Assembly: GCA_950097015.1 (NCBI GenBank) | Contig: CATNEN010000003.1 | Location: 4,526,001-4,590,000 of the forward strand | DNA: 64,000 nucleotides | Reading direction: 5' to 3' | Source of the DNA: Macrostomum hystrix | Lineage: Eukaryota; Animalia; Platyhelminthes | Shown here: one piece after another, positions 52,377 to 63,800 of the stretch | Layout: every line of letters begins with the position of its first letter | How positions within the stretch are numbered: the first letter of the stretch is position 1 | The notes under the pieces: generated by a model | The model's database searches: none | The model's input: only the letters and a program-made list of their open reading frames with translations | What the model was told of the DNA's origin: nothing | Position numbers and translations under genes: made by a program

Positions 52377-53625
52377 GTGTAGCTAATACCTGTGTGTGTA
52401 CTTGTGGAGTGTAGCTAATACCTGTGTGTGTACTTGTGGAGTGTAGCTAATACCTGTGTGTGTACTTGTGGAGTGTAGCCAATACCTGTGCGTGTACTTG
52501 TGGAGTGTAGCTAATACCTGTGCGTGTACTTGTGGAGTGTAGCTAATACCTGTGCGTGTACTTGTGGAGTGTAGCTAATACCTGTGCGTGTACTTGTGGA
52601 GTGTAGCCAATACCTGTGTGTGTACTTGTGGAGTGTAGCTAATACCTGTGTGTGTACTTGTGGAGTGTAGCTAATACCTGTGTGTGTACTTGTGGAGTGT
52701 AGCTAATACCTGTGTGTGTACTTGTGGAGTGTAGCTAATACCTGTGCGTGTACTTGTGGAGTGTAGCTAATACCTGTGCGTGTACTTGTGGAGTGTAGCT
52801 AATACCAGTGTGTGTACTTGTGGAGTGTAGCTAATACCTGTGTGTGTACTTGTGGAGTGTAGCTAATACCTGTGTGTGTACTTGTGGAGTGTAGCTAATA
52901 CCTGTGCGTGTACTTGTGGAGTGTAGCCAATACCTGTGTGTGTACTTGTGGAGTGTAGCTAATACCTGTGTGTGTACTTGTGGAGTGTAGCTAATACCTG
53001 TGCGTGTACTTGTGGAGTGTAGCCAATACCTGTGTGTGTACTTGTGGAGTGTAGCTAATACCAGTGTGTGTACTTGTGGAGTGTAGCCAATACCTGTGTG
53101 TGTACTTGTGGAGTGTAGCTAATACCTGTGCGTGTACTTGTGGAGTGTAGCTAATACCTGTGCGTGTACTTGTGGAGTGTAGCTAATACCAGTGTGTGTA
53201 CTTGTGGAGTGTAGCTAATACCTGTGTGTGTACTTGTGGAGTGTAGCTAATACCTGTGCGTGTACTTGTGGAGTGTAGCTAATACCAGTGTGTGTACTTG
53301 TGGAGTGTAGCTAATACCTGTGTGTGTACTTGTGGAGTGTAGCTAATACCTGTGCGTGTACTTGTGGAGTGTAGCTAATACCTGTGTGTGTACTTGTGGA
53401 GTGTAGCTAATACCTGTGTGTGTACTTGTAGAGTGTAGCTAATACCTGTGTGCGTACTTGTAGAGTGTAGCTAATACCTGTGTGTGTACTTGTGGAGTGT
53501 AGCTAATACCTGTGTTTACTTGTGGAGTGTAGGTAATACCTGTGTGTGTACTTGTGGAGTGTAGCTAATACCTGTGCGTGTACATTAGTGTGTAGCTAAT
53601 ACCTGTGTGTGTACATTAAGGTGTA
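52377..53625. repeat. 32-bp minisatellite (GTGTAGCTAATACCTGTG[T/C]GTGTACTTGTGGA), about 39 copies
   Basis: Period 32 (AGCTAA at 52381, 52413 and onward). Confidence 0.96.
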
Positions 53626-53671
53626 AAACTGTGTGCGTTCATATGGGGGTATTGCTACTACCCAATCCTAA

Positions 53672-56600
53672 TATAATTTTTTGCGATTGAATTCGTCCAA
53701 ACTGCAAAACCTTTAAATAGTGAAGCGAGGCAATGTCGAGTATTTAATTTAAAGAATAAGAACCAGTGATATAGTTACAATGTATTTGCAATAAAGTAAC
53801 CGCCATATCAACAAAAAACTCCAACGGCAAGAAGATAAAGGATGAAAGCGAAGATTAAACTCCAACGGCAAGAAAATAGAAGCAAATACGGAACTCCAAG
53901 AACAAGACGACACAAACAGTCAGTAGCTCGTACATAAAGGAAACGCTGGAACTTCACCTACTGAGCATCTAACTTCCGAAGCTATCTATCATGGGATGTC
54001 GTCGGTATTGGTGGGAGTTTTGACGAGCGTCTTACTAGTCCTTTGAAAAAAACGTTGGCTAGCCGACGGGACACACTGTCCATGCTGAACTGTGTCTTAG
54101 TTGGAAAGTAAAGGTCCTTAATAACATAAAACAGCTTCTGCACGCGAGTTGCGCACGTAGGAGAGTGCAGAATAAAACTGCTGTAGCAGAGACAGGATAA
54201 GTCTAACACCCATTGTGGAGGATGACAAAGCTTACCGTGAGATAACTCTTTAGTGAATTCGCTGGCTGGAATGCTCGTTTCTGATATCAAATCTGTTCCT
54301 TTGATGCCTTCTTTAGTCGCTGTATAACCTGTCAATTTCCAATAAAGCACGGTTCTGATAAATTGTTTTTTATCAGATTGTGTAAAACCTCGTTGTGAAT
54401 TAAATTTTAATTAATATCCAGCTTACCTGCGACATTGTAGAGCGAATTGGGTTGGGTGAGACAAAAAATCGAACAGACAAGTCTCCATCTTTATCTAACA
54501 TAAACAAGTAAACGTCTTCGTTCAGAATAGCTGTGTTCAGTGCATGTCGAGATACGACATACGAATTTTTCACCTCAGCTCGAAAATTTTCCCATGCCGG
54601 CAAAAAATCAAGCAGCTGAAAAGCGTCCATCTCATCGATGTCGCCGCACCTCGCGTCAGAAAGAACATCGCGCTTTTCGGCCTGTCGGTCCTGGTCTAAA
54701 ATAAGAGTAAAAATAAAAGTAAGATAATTGTGAGCGGCAAAATCGATATAGACGCTAAGTGTTGAGCAATCTTTAAGCTACGTACCTTGGTTCTGAACAA
54801 AACACGAGCTAGGAACTCCATTAAAACAGAAGGAGGATTAATTGGCTTTTCGTTAGAGTTTTTCTTGGCCATTGGAGCATCGCTTGGCCAATGCTTTACG
54901 CACACGCCCATGCTGTCAGTCACTCTCTAAAATTATACATTTTGGGTTTCAAGTTGTTTGGACGAGACTGGCATGCAGAATTGAAGCGGAATTATGCAGC
55001 AGTAATGACAGCAAATGATCTGGTTTCTTACCTGGAGAATATTTGGCAGCGCCTTTCTCCATCGCTCTCGCTCCTGTGGATCTCTGGGAAACGCAAATAT
55101 CCGTGTTCGAACGGCTTCAGAGTTGTAATTTGACGAGCACGGAAATACGCTGCACTTTCTTGGCATTTCATCAAGTGAATAAAAAATGCTTCTCTTGATA
55201 TAGTTCAGCTATATCTGCTGGCCGCAGCTAAAGCAATTTTAATTTGCTTGATAGCAGAGAAGACTCGAAAAAGCCATAGAACAATACTTTTAAGCGAGCC
55301 CCTCAGATTTTTTGCCATGAATTGGCTCGTTTCGCATCCCGAGGGTTTTAGTTGTCCCTGGTTAACACCCAATTGACAGTTCGCTTTCGCTACCACTACA
55401 GCTACAGCAACGCATATCTTCCATTCTGAACCCGACAAAACAGTCGAAGATGAACCGAGGCCCCTACCATCCAGTGTCAAACGAAGACCGCAGGCAATTG
55501 GCCTTGGCTTTTGAAGAAGGCCGCGATTGGAAACAACTGGCCGATATCCTTGGGATCGATCAAGAGAAAGACAGCCAAAACGATTGTCGACACCTACGTT
55601 CAAACCGGGCGCATTGAGAAGCTTCCATCAGCAGGTGGCGTCCGAAGCAACTGCAAGAGCAGCAGATTGAGTCAATCATCGAGTTCCTCGAGGCAAACCC
55701 GTCCGTGACATTACAAATTATGCGGAACCATCTGATGCAACTTGGCAATGAAGATCAACTTCCTCATGTCTCAACCATAAGTCGAGCACTTGACAAACAG
55801 CTGGTGACTTTGAAGCTGGCTAGGCAGATTACGTTTGATTGGAACGACCCAGTTGTGAAGGCGGCGAGATGTGAGTACGCACAGTGGATGATGAACGAAG
55901 GACACGACAGGAACCAGATTTCGATGAGTTCGGGCTGAACCTGTGGACGGCGAGAACTCAAGGATGGGCATATCGAGGCCAGGCTGCGGTGAGAACGGTA
56001 TGTGGTCAGCGCGGACAAAACCTGACTCTGCTTGGCCATATCTCCGCAATGGGAACTTGTTCACTATGCGCTGGTGGAAGGAGGTTTTCGAGCTCAAAAT
56101 TTTGCAGACTTCTTAGTAGAGCTGGATGTTCTGGTGGAGGCTGAGTGGGCGGCGATCTTTGATGGGGCCCGCGCTCACCTTCAAGTCCCTGGACTTTCAC
56201 CGCAACACAGCACCTATCAATTGCCACCGTACTCTCCGTATCTCAACCCAACTGAGCCCGCAGGGTCTTCCCTGAAGGCATCAGTGAAGAGGGCACTGTC
56301 AGTTCCCGCTATTCAGCACGAGCGCTCTAATCGGCAAGCTGCTGCTGCTGCGAACCTGACTCTGCATGCCTGGCGGATGCACATTTTGAAGAGAGAGGTC
56401 GAAGCTGCACTGCACGTGAAGTGCCAGCAATGGACCAATCACACTGTGGGTTTTACTACGGCCGCTGTTTGGACTACGAAGACATTTTGAACAAACATTC
56501 TAACAAGAGACACTGTTTTTGCTTTGTTCAATATCTCGTGATAGCAAATAAAGTCGCTCCGTTTAGCTGTTAGCTGTTTGGACGAAGGGTTTAGACGAAA

Positions 56601-56735
56601 TGTTTTACAAACTGGATGAACCGTTTTGCGTGAACACAGTTGTCTATGGTATAATCTAAATTTAGCTCCCATTAAGAAAGCGTTAGTGGACGAAAGGTTT
56701 TGCAGTTTGGACGAATTCAATCGCAAAAGGGTATA
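53672..56735 (+). mobile_element. Tc1/IS630-like DNA transposon defined by TIRs; decayed transposase at 55450-56490
   Basis: Perfect 36-bp inverted match between 53679-53714 and 56693-56728, with TATA at both outer ends. HTH WKQLADILGI; DEFGLNLW, IFDGARAH and LPPYSPYLNPTE; frameshifted. Confidence 0.85.
53982..55166 (-). pseudogene. THAP-domain P-element-like transposase remnant with internal deletion
   Basis: THAP MPRKCSVFPC..FAFP..RERW..VCVKHW and C-terminal LSHGKLCHP..RRLANVFFKG; catalytic core not seen. Confidence 0.7.
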
Positions 56736-56825
56736 CTAATTAATTGTCTGTGAGATTCTATAGAATCGTTCCATAGAGCTGTTCCATAGGTGGGGGGAGG
56801 ATTAGAGGATTAGAGGAGGATTAGA

Positions 56826-57020
56826 TTGCTTGGATGAGCAATTGTGGAACGCCGTGTTCTTTGAGCAGCCATGCAATGGCCGGCCTGCTGATGGAATCAA
56901 ACGCTTTGAGGAAGTCGACGAAAACGATGGATGCCGACATCAGTCGCGTCCTGCAGGCTTCGACCACGCAGCGGATGGCAGCCACCTGCTCGAGCGGCCA
57001 GGGCGGAAACCACTCTGGAG
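56826..57020 (-). mobile_element. RTE-like LINE reverse transcriptase fragment
   Basis: Minus strand reads QSGFRPGRS/EQVAAIRCVVE..FVDFLKAFDSISR..HGVP. Confidence 0.75.
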
Positions 57021-58985
57021 GTGGAGGATTAGATGATGGGAGAGGATTAGATGATAGATTAGATGATGGGAGAGTAGTAGATGATGGGAGAGGATTAGAT
57101 GTTAGATTAGATGATGGGAGAGGAGTAGATGATGGGAGAGGAGTAGATGATGGTAGAGGAGTAGATGATGGGAGAGGATTAGATGATAGATTAGATGATG
57201 GGAGAGGAGTAGATGATGGGAGAGGATTAGATGATAGATTAGATGATGGGAGAGGAGTAGATGGTGGGAGAGGATTAGATGATGGATTAGATTATGGGAG
57301 AGAATTAGATGATGGATTAGATGATGGGAGAGGATTAGATGATGGGAGAGGATTAGATGATGGATTAGATGATGGGAGAGGATTAGATGATGGATTAGAT
57401 GATGGGAGAGGATTAGATGATGGGAGAGGATTAGATGATGGGAGAGGATTAGATGAAGGGAGAGGATTAGATTATGGATTAGATGATGGAGAGGATTAGA
57501 TGATGGATTAGATGATGGAGAGGATTAGATGATGGAGAGGATTAGATGATGGGAGAGGATTAGATGATGGGAGAGGATTAGATGAAGGGAGAGGATTAGA
57601 TTATGGATTAGATGATGGAGAGGATTAGATTATGGATTAGATGATAGAGAGGATTAGATGATGGATTAGATGATGGAGAGGATTAGATTATGGATTAGAT
57701 GATAGAGAGGATTAGATTATGGATTAGATGATGGAGAGGATTAGATTATGGATTAGATGATAGAGAGGATTAGATTATGGATTAGATGATAGAGAGGATT
57801 AGATGATGGATTAGATGATAGAGAGGATTAGATGATGGATTAGATGATGGAGAGGATTAGATTATGGATTAGATGATAGAGAGGATTAGATTATGGATTA
57901 GATGATGGGAGAGGATTAGATGATGGATTAGATGATGGGAGAGGATTAGATTATGGATTAGATGATGGGAGAGGATTAGATTATGGATAAGATGATGGGA
58001 GAGGATTAGATGATGGATTAGATGATGGGGAGGATTAGATGATGGATTAGATGATGGGGAGTATTAGATGATGGAGAGGATTAGATGATGGGAGAGGATT
58101 AGATGATGGAGAGGATTAGATGATGGGAGAGGATTAGATGATGGAGAGGATTAGATGATGGGAGAGGATTAGATGATGGGAGAGGATTAGATGAAGGGAG
58201 AGGATTAGATTATGGATTAGATGATGGGAGAGGATTAGATGATGGATTAGATGATGGGAGAGGATTAGATGATGGGAGAGGATTAGATGATGGGAGAGGA
58301 TTAGATGATGGATTAGATGATGGGTTAAATGATGGGAGAGGATTAGATGGTGAGGGGAGGATTAGATGGTGGGAGAGGATTAGATAATGGGAGAGGATTA
58401 GATGGTGGGGGGAGGATTAGATGATGGGAGAGGATTAGATAATGGGAGAGGATTAGATGGTGGGGGGAGGATTAGATGATGGGAGAGGATTAGATGGTGG
58501 GGAGGATTAGATGATGGGGAGGATTAGATGGTGGGAGAGGATTAGATGATGGGAGAGGATTAGATGATGGGAGAGGATTAGATAATGGGAGAGGATTAGA
58601 AGTCGGGAGAGGATTAGATGGTGGGGAGGATTAGATGATGGGGAGTATTAGATGGTGGGGAGGATTAGATGGTGGGAGAGGATTAGATGATGGGAGAGGA
58701 TTAGATGATGGGAGAGGATTAGATGATGGGAGAGGATTAGATGATGGGAGAGGATTAGATGATGGGAGAGGATTAGATGATGGATTAGATGATGGGAGAG
58801 GATTAGATAATGGGAGAGGATTAGATGATGGGAGAGGATTAGATGATGGGAGAGGATTAGATAATGGGAGAGGATTAGATGATGGGAGAGGATTAGATGA
58901 TGGGAGAGGATTAGATAATGGTAGAGGATTAGATGATGGGAGAGTATTAGAAGTCGGGTGTGGATAAGATGATGGGGGGTAGATG
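57020..58985. repeat. GA-rich 18-bp minisatellite (GATGATGGGAGAGGATTA) with shorter variants
   Basis: Direct periodicity; source of the spurious GLDDGR and LPSSNP ORFs. Confidence 0.95.
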
Positions 58986-59626
58986 ATTGGCTGATGCAAC
59001 TGACAGTCTGTTATGACAGCTTTGCAAGTGTTTGAAGCCAGAAAGCAATGCCTGTCGTAAACTGTGCAACGGGCTTTCTGAGAGCAGATTATAAAATAAA
59101 TCATAACTGACAGTGACAATCACAGTCCCTGAAAAGTATCATTTTTTATCAGCGCGCCTAAAACATGAAGAATCTAGATGGATAGATGGATAGCTAGAGA
59201 CTCACCAGTAACTAGCTGCATGTCTAATGCAAGCACATCTAGCTCCATTATGTCAATTTACACCTGCCACAAAACTGATAAGCAAGCAAGGATCAGAAAA
59301 AAATGACAGGAAAGCTTTCTATTTTGCATTTACGCACGCATTAGATTCTATGCAGTAGAGCTGTTGAAATTCACAAACACGTCAATCAGAAATGTTATTC
59401 TTTCATATTTTTGCGAGTATACCAGCTTAACTAAACATCATTTTATCTGTTAGATTGATAGAATGTAGAATTTGCAAAGCCCAGTTGGGCATGTCATACC
59501 GTCAGTGGTGCAGCCGCAGTCATTGCTCGGCGATTACGAAGGCTGTGTACAGCAGGTTCAGTCCATGGACTGGACCATTAAAATGTCTATTTTACAGCGC
59601 TGAGAAATCTCTTTCTAATAAAAAGA

Positions 59627-59916
59627 ATTGCAGGAGGTGACACTAGACCCGCAGCCAGCGAGGAGACAATTCTGCCTAATTACTCCGAGCACGCACGCAG
59701 ATACTGTACGCAGGCACACGCTCACACAGGTGTGTACATCTGCCCTGACTTTCTCATCGTCAGGCAGTGTACACTCTCACTGTGCCTTGGAGGTTGGCCC
59801 TCAAGGGCGTAAATTGCACGACAAGCCCCCAAATAAATGTGGCCTCGCTGCGGAATCGAACTTAGGGACCGTGGTGCGAGAGGCAAACGCGTTAACCTCT
59901 CTGCCACCGACCCCCC
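59627..59916 (-). mobile_element. SINE family A copy with internal deletions
   Basis: Reverse-complement homologue of 51375-51743. Confidence 0.85.
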
Positions 59917-59981
59917 TGGGAAATATCTTGCTCAAGGACACAAATAGACTCTCTGGTTTTGATTCGAACCCATGACCTCGC

Positions 59982-60257
59982 ATCAGATCCGAACATAGAA
60001 GTCTCAAATGATTTTGCTCAATTGAGTTGGGATTAGGGCGAATCTCAGCAGCAGACACTGGCCTCCAGGACGAGCTGAAGAAGAAGACTGCCCAGGTGAG
60101 AACAGCACGGCCTGGCAGTTGCTGATGTGACACCTGACTGCGCAGTCCAGGGAGCTGAAAATTCCTGTTGAGGAATTACGGTACGTCGAGGCGCTGTAGC
60201 TACTGCGAACAGTCAGCTGGGGCCGGCTTTGCTCGAGGCGAAGAGAGGAGCACGGAC
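59982..60257 (-). CDS. Terminal PAN-like exon of a duplicated WSC+PAN gene; exon 1 presumably beyond the window
   Basis: Near-identical to 50413-50687. A GGA>TGA change at 60004-60006 truncates the last 7 residues, so it may be a pseudogene. Confidence 0.65.
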
Positions 60258-60617
60258 CTGCGGCGGTTTGGGCCATAGACTAAACTAGAATTATACTTAA
60301 CATTCAATTGAGAGGCCGCATTATGAAATTATAATTTTTAAATCGACAATCAATCATCACACCTACCCAAATTATGCACTTGTTAAACTTGTCAAAGTAA
60401 TGATCTAACTTACAAATTATCGATTAGCCTATTAAGTTATAAATCAAGCAATAAATTAACTAATAAAACCATCAATTAGCTCCATGAAACTATCAATCAA
60501 AATACCAAATTTTAATCCTACGAATCGAAATTATCGATCAACGTATCCAACATCTGATCAACCTATCCAACATCTGATCAACCTATCCAACATCTGATCA
60601 ACCTATTCAACATCTGA

Positions 60618-60877
60618 TCGGTGGCAGAGCGGTTAACGCGTTTGCCTCTCGCACCAAGGTCCCTGAGTTCGATTCCGCGGCGAGGCCGCATTCATTTGGG
60701 ACCAACCTCGCAAGGCACAGTGAGAGTGTACACTGCCTGACGATGAGAAAGTCAGGGCAGATGTACACACCTGTGTGAGCGTGTGCCTGCGTACAGTATC
60801 TGTGTGCGTGTGTGCTCAGGAGTCAGCGAAATGGGCAGAATTGCCTCCTCGCTGTCTGCGGGTCTAGTGTCACCAAA
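60618..60877 (+). mobile_element. SINE family A copy interrupted by the BEL element
   Basis: Matches 51381-51693 with an internal deletion, then switches to LTR sequence after GTCACCAAA. Confidence 0.85.
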
Positions 60878-63800
60878 TGTCGGATTATAATCCTCCAATT
60901 CTTCGCCTCTTTTGGGCCTTCGTCTTCGTCTTACGTTTTCATGTACTTTTAGTCCCCTTAACACATTAGTTGCAGCTAACCTTATTTATTGTCTGTGACC
61001 TCATCCATTTGCGTTTACCACTTTTATATCTATGTACAAGACCACCTCTCCGTTACAGGTTCTCTTAGCGTGTAAGCGTGCCCTCAAGCGTGTCCATGTT
61101 CCTTTCTATCTGCCTCACCTTTTGCTTCCACTGCCACTAAATAAACTCCATCCAAACTGCTAATTAGTTTGTTGTCCAAGCGACAAATTTGGTAGCAGAG
61201 CGTTCACAACTCTTCAAATAATTCATGGTTATCACGCGCTCGATGGATGCCGGCGACACCACCTCCACTTCTGCAACCGCTACTGCTCTGGCGCATACCA
61301 TGCCGCCCACTCCGACCGCTGTTGCTGCCACCGCTGGCACTAGTTCTGGAGCCCCCACTGGTCCAGTTGCTTCTTTAACGCCAACTTTAACGACCGCTAC
61401 GACCTCGCCGGGACCGACTGGGTACCCACAACAACTGTCTGCTACTCCTACTGCGCCGGTCACTGCTGCCACTCTCACCCCGACAACTCCTGGCATCGAT
61501 GTCAATGCATTGATCGCCTCTATGACCGCGATGATGCAGCAGAACCAACAGCTAATACAACAGCTCGCTGCCGCAGTCCATCCTACCGCAACAGCGGAGC
61601 CTGCTGCACCGCCCACCTCACAAGCTGGAGATCCAGCTGGGCTCATCCGCTCTACGATCCTCAAGAGCGTCCAACTCCCAACCTTTGACGGTGCGGATCC
61701 AGCTGCATTTCCGAGCTTCTGGGACACCTTCCGCTACCGCGTCGACCGCTCCAGCCTTAACGACGTTGACAAGTTCGAGGCACTCCGAGGTCTCCTCTCC
61801 GGCTCCGCCTTAAGGAAACTGGGCGCCCTCGATGCCTGCCAACCGAACGCCTACGCCGAGGCATGTCGCGTGCTCAAAGCCAACTACGCCGACACGCAAG
61901 AACAAAAGAACGCCGCATTCCAGCGCCTTCTCGCCCTTCACTGCAGCTCCGCTTCCGACCTTGAGGAGCTCGAGGAGTTTGCAGATGCCCTTCGCCTGGC
62001 CACCGGCCAACTTCTCCGCCTTGGAGAGCTTGATTGCACACTCAACGGGTACGTCTATGCCCTCTGGAGCCGACTTCCGCCTGACTTTCAGAGCGAGATC
62101 CGCAATGTTCGCGCTTCCAACGGACAGCCTCTCATACCCACCATGGCCGAGCTCCAGGATCATCTGGACCGCAAGCGCAAGACCCTCCGGGCTGCGTCCG
62201 CCACCGTGCCGGCTGTGCCGTACGCATCCGCAGCTCTTTTAGGCGACACTGCTTGCAGACCGACACCTGCTCGCAGCGAACGACGGCCGACAACAGTTCC
62301 ACGTGCTGAACCTGCTCATCGCACTACTACTACACCACGGCCTACCGCAGTTTCCACTCCTATTGCCGGTCCACAACACTGGAGGTCAAGCAAGAACTGT
62401 CTCTACTGCGACGGCTCCGACCACGTTGCCATGTCCTGCAACAAGGTTCGCAAGCCCGACGACCGCCTTAAGATCGTCAGGCAGAAGAACCTCTGCCGTA
62501 ACTGCCTCCGCCGTCACCACACCAAAGACTGCCGTGACAACCGACGCTGCCGCGAGTGCGAAGCCCCGCACCACACCACGCTCCACGGGGCCACATTCGA
62601 GAGTACCATCACCGAAAATCGCTCACCGAATCCTCGTAACAACGCCCACCTCAACGCCGCTAGAGATGCCGACTCCAAGGAGGCCAACTCCCTTGTCTCT
62701 GCCGCAGCCGATGGAGGCCTCGTTCCCACCATCATGGCCACTCTCCGCGCGAAGGCCGTCAACCCTAAAGATGGCCGCGCCATCGACTGCAACATCCTCA
62801 TCGACACTGGCTGCTCCTATTCTCACCTCGACGGCGCCGTCGCCCGCAAGCTTGGCCTCAAGGCTGCCAGGAAACTCACGATCGCCACCTCCACCTTCCA
62901 CACCGAATCCAGGCGCCATGTCACCGCGGATCTCGTGAATTTTGACCTCCAGGCTCCAGACGGCCGCCGCTGGCCAATCACCGCCCTCGCCTCCGAACAG
63001 CTGGCAGCTCCAATCTACATGCCTGCTGTCAACCTCCCAAAGGATGTCATTAACACCCTCAAGAGCGTACCCAACGGCGTCTGCAACCTACCGCCCGCTC
63101 ACGACAGGGACGTTTCTCTTGATCTCATCCTCGGCGGCGACGTCAACCAACTACTCATCGGCCCCGCGGTTCCTGCTCTGGCGCTGCGCCCAACGCTCAC
63201 GGCCTACCTGACACCATTCGGTGCCATCCTCAACGGCTCCCTAGGCACAACGAACAGCCGCGTCAACGGCCTCCTAGGCTCGTCTCAGGCACTAGTCGCT
63301 AACACCTATCTCAACGACAACGGACTCCGTCTCGAACAGCTACTCGACAGCATGTCGAATCTCGAAGCTCTGGGCATCGACAAAGACGCCGGAAAGCCCT
63401 GCATGCAAGACGACGCCTCCCGACGCCTCCTCGCCACCGCCAGCCGCGACCCGGAGGGTCGCATCTTCGTCGACCTGCCGTTCAAGCCTGGTGCAGAGCT
63501 TCTGCCTTCCAATTTTGGCCAAGCCTTCGGTCGCGCTCAAGCCACTCACCGCCGTCTCAGTCTTCCCGAACGCGAGGCCTATTACGCAGAATTTGAGAAA
63601 CGCAAAGAAGAAGGAGTCCTAGAACTCGTTACCACCGACCAGCCAGCCGGCCCAGTCGTCCATGTCCTGCCACATTTCCCGGTCTTTAAGGAGAGCTCAA
63701 GCACAACCAAGATCCGCCCCGTCGTCGACGCCTCCGCCAAGACTTCTCTGGCTGGGACTGCGCTTAATGACCTCCTGGACACCGGACCCAACATTCTGAC

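Noticed and set aside
56834-59119. GLDDGR and LPSSNP repeat ORFs
   Set aside because: Translations of an indel-rich 18-bp minisatellite.
58990-59330. Possible small two-exon Cys-rich peptide gene on the minus strand (donor ~59205, acceptor ~59129)
   Set aside because: In-frame stops and no consistent start; insufficient support.
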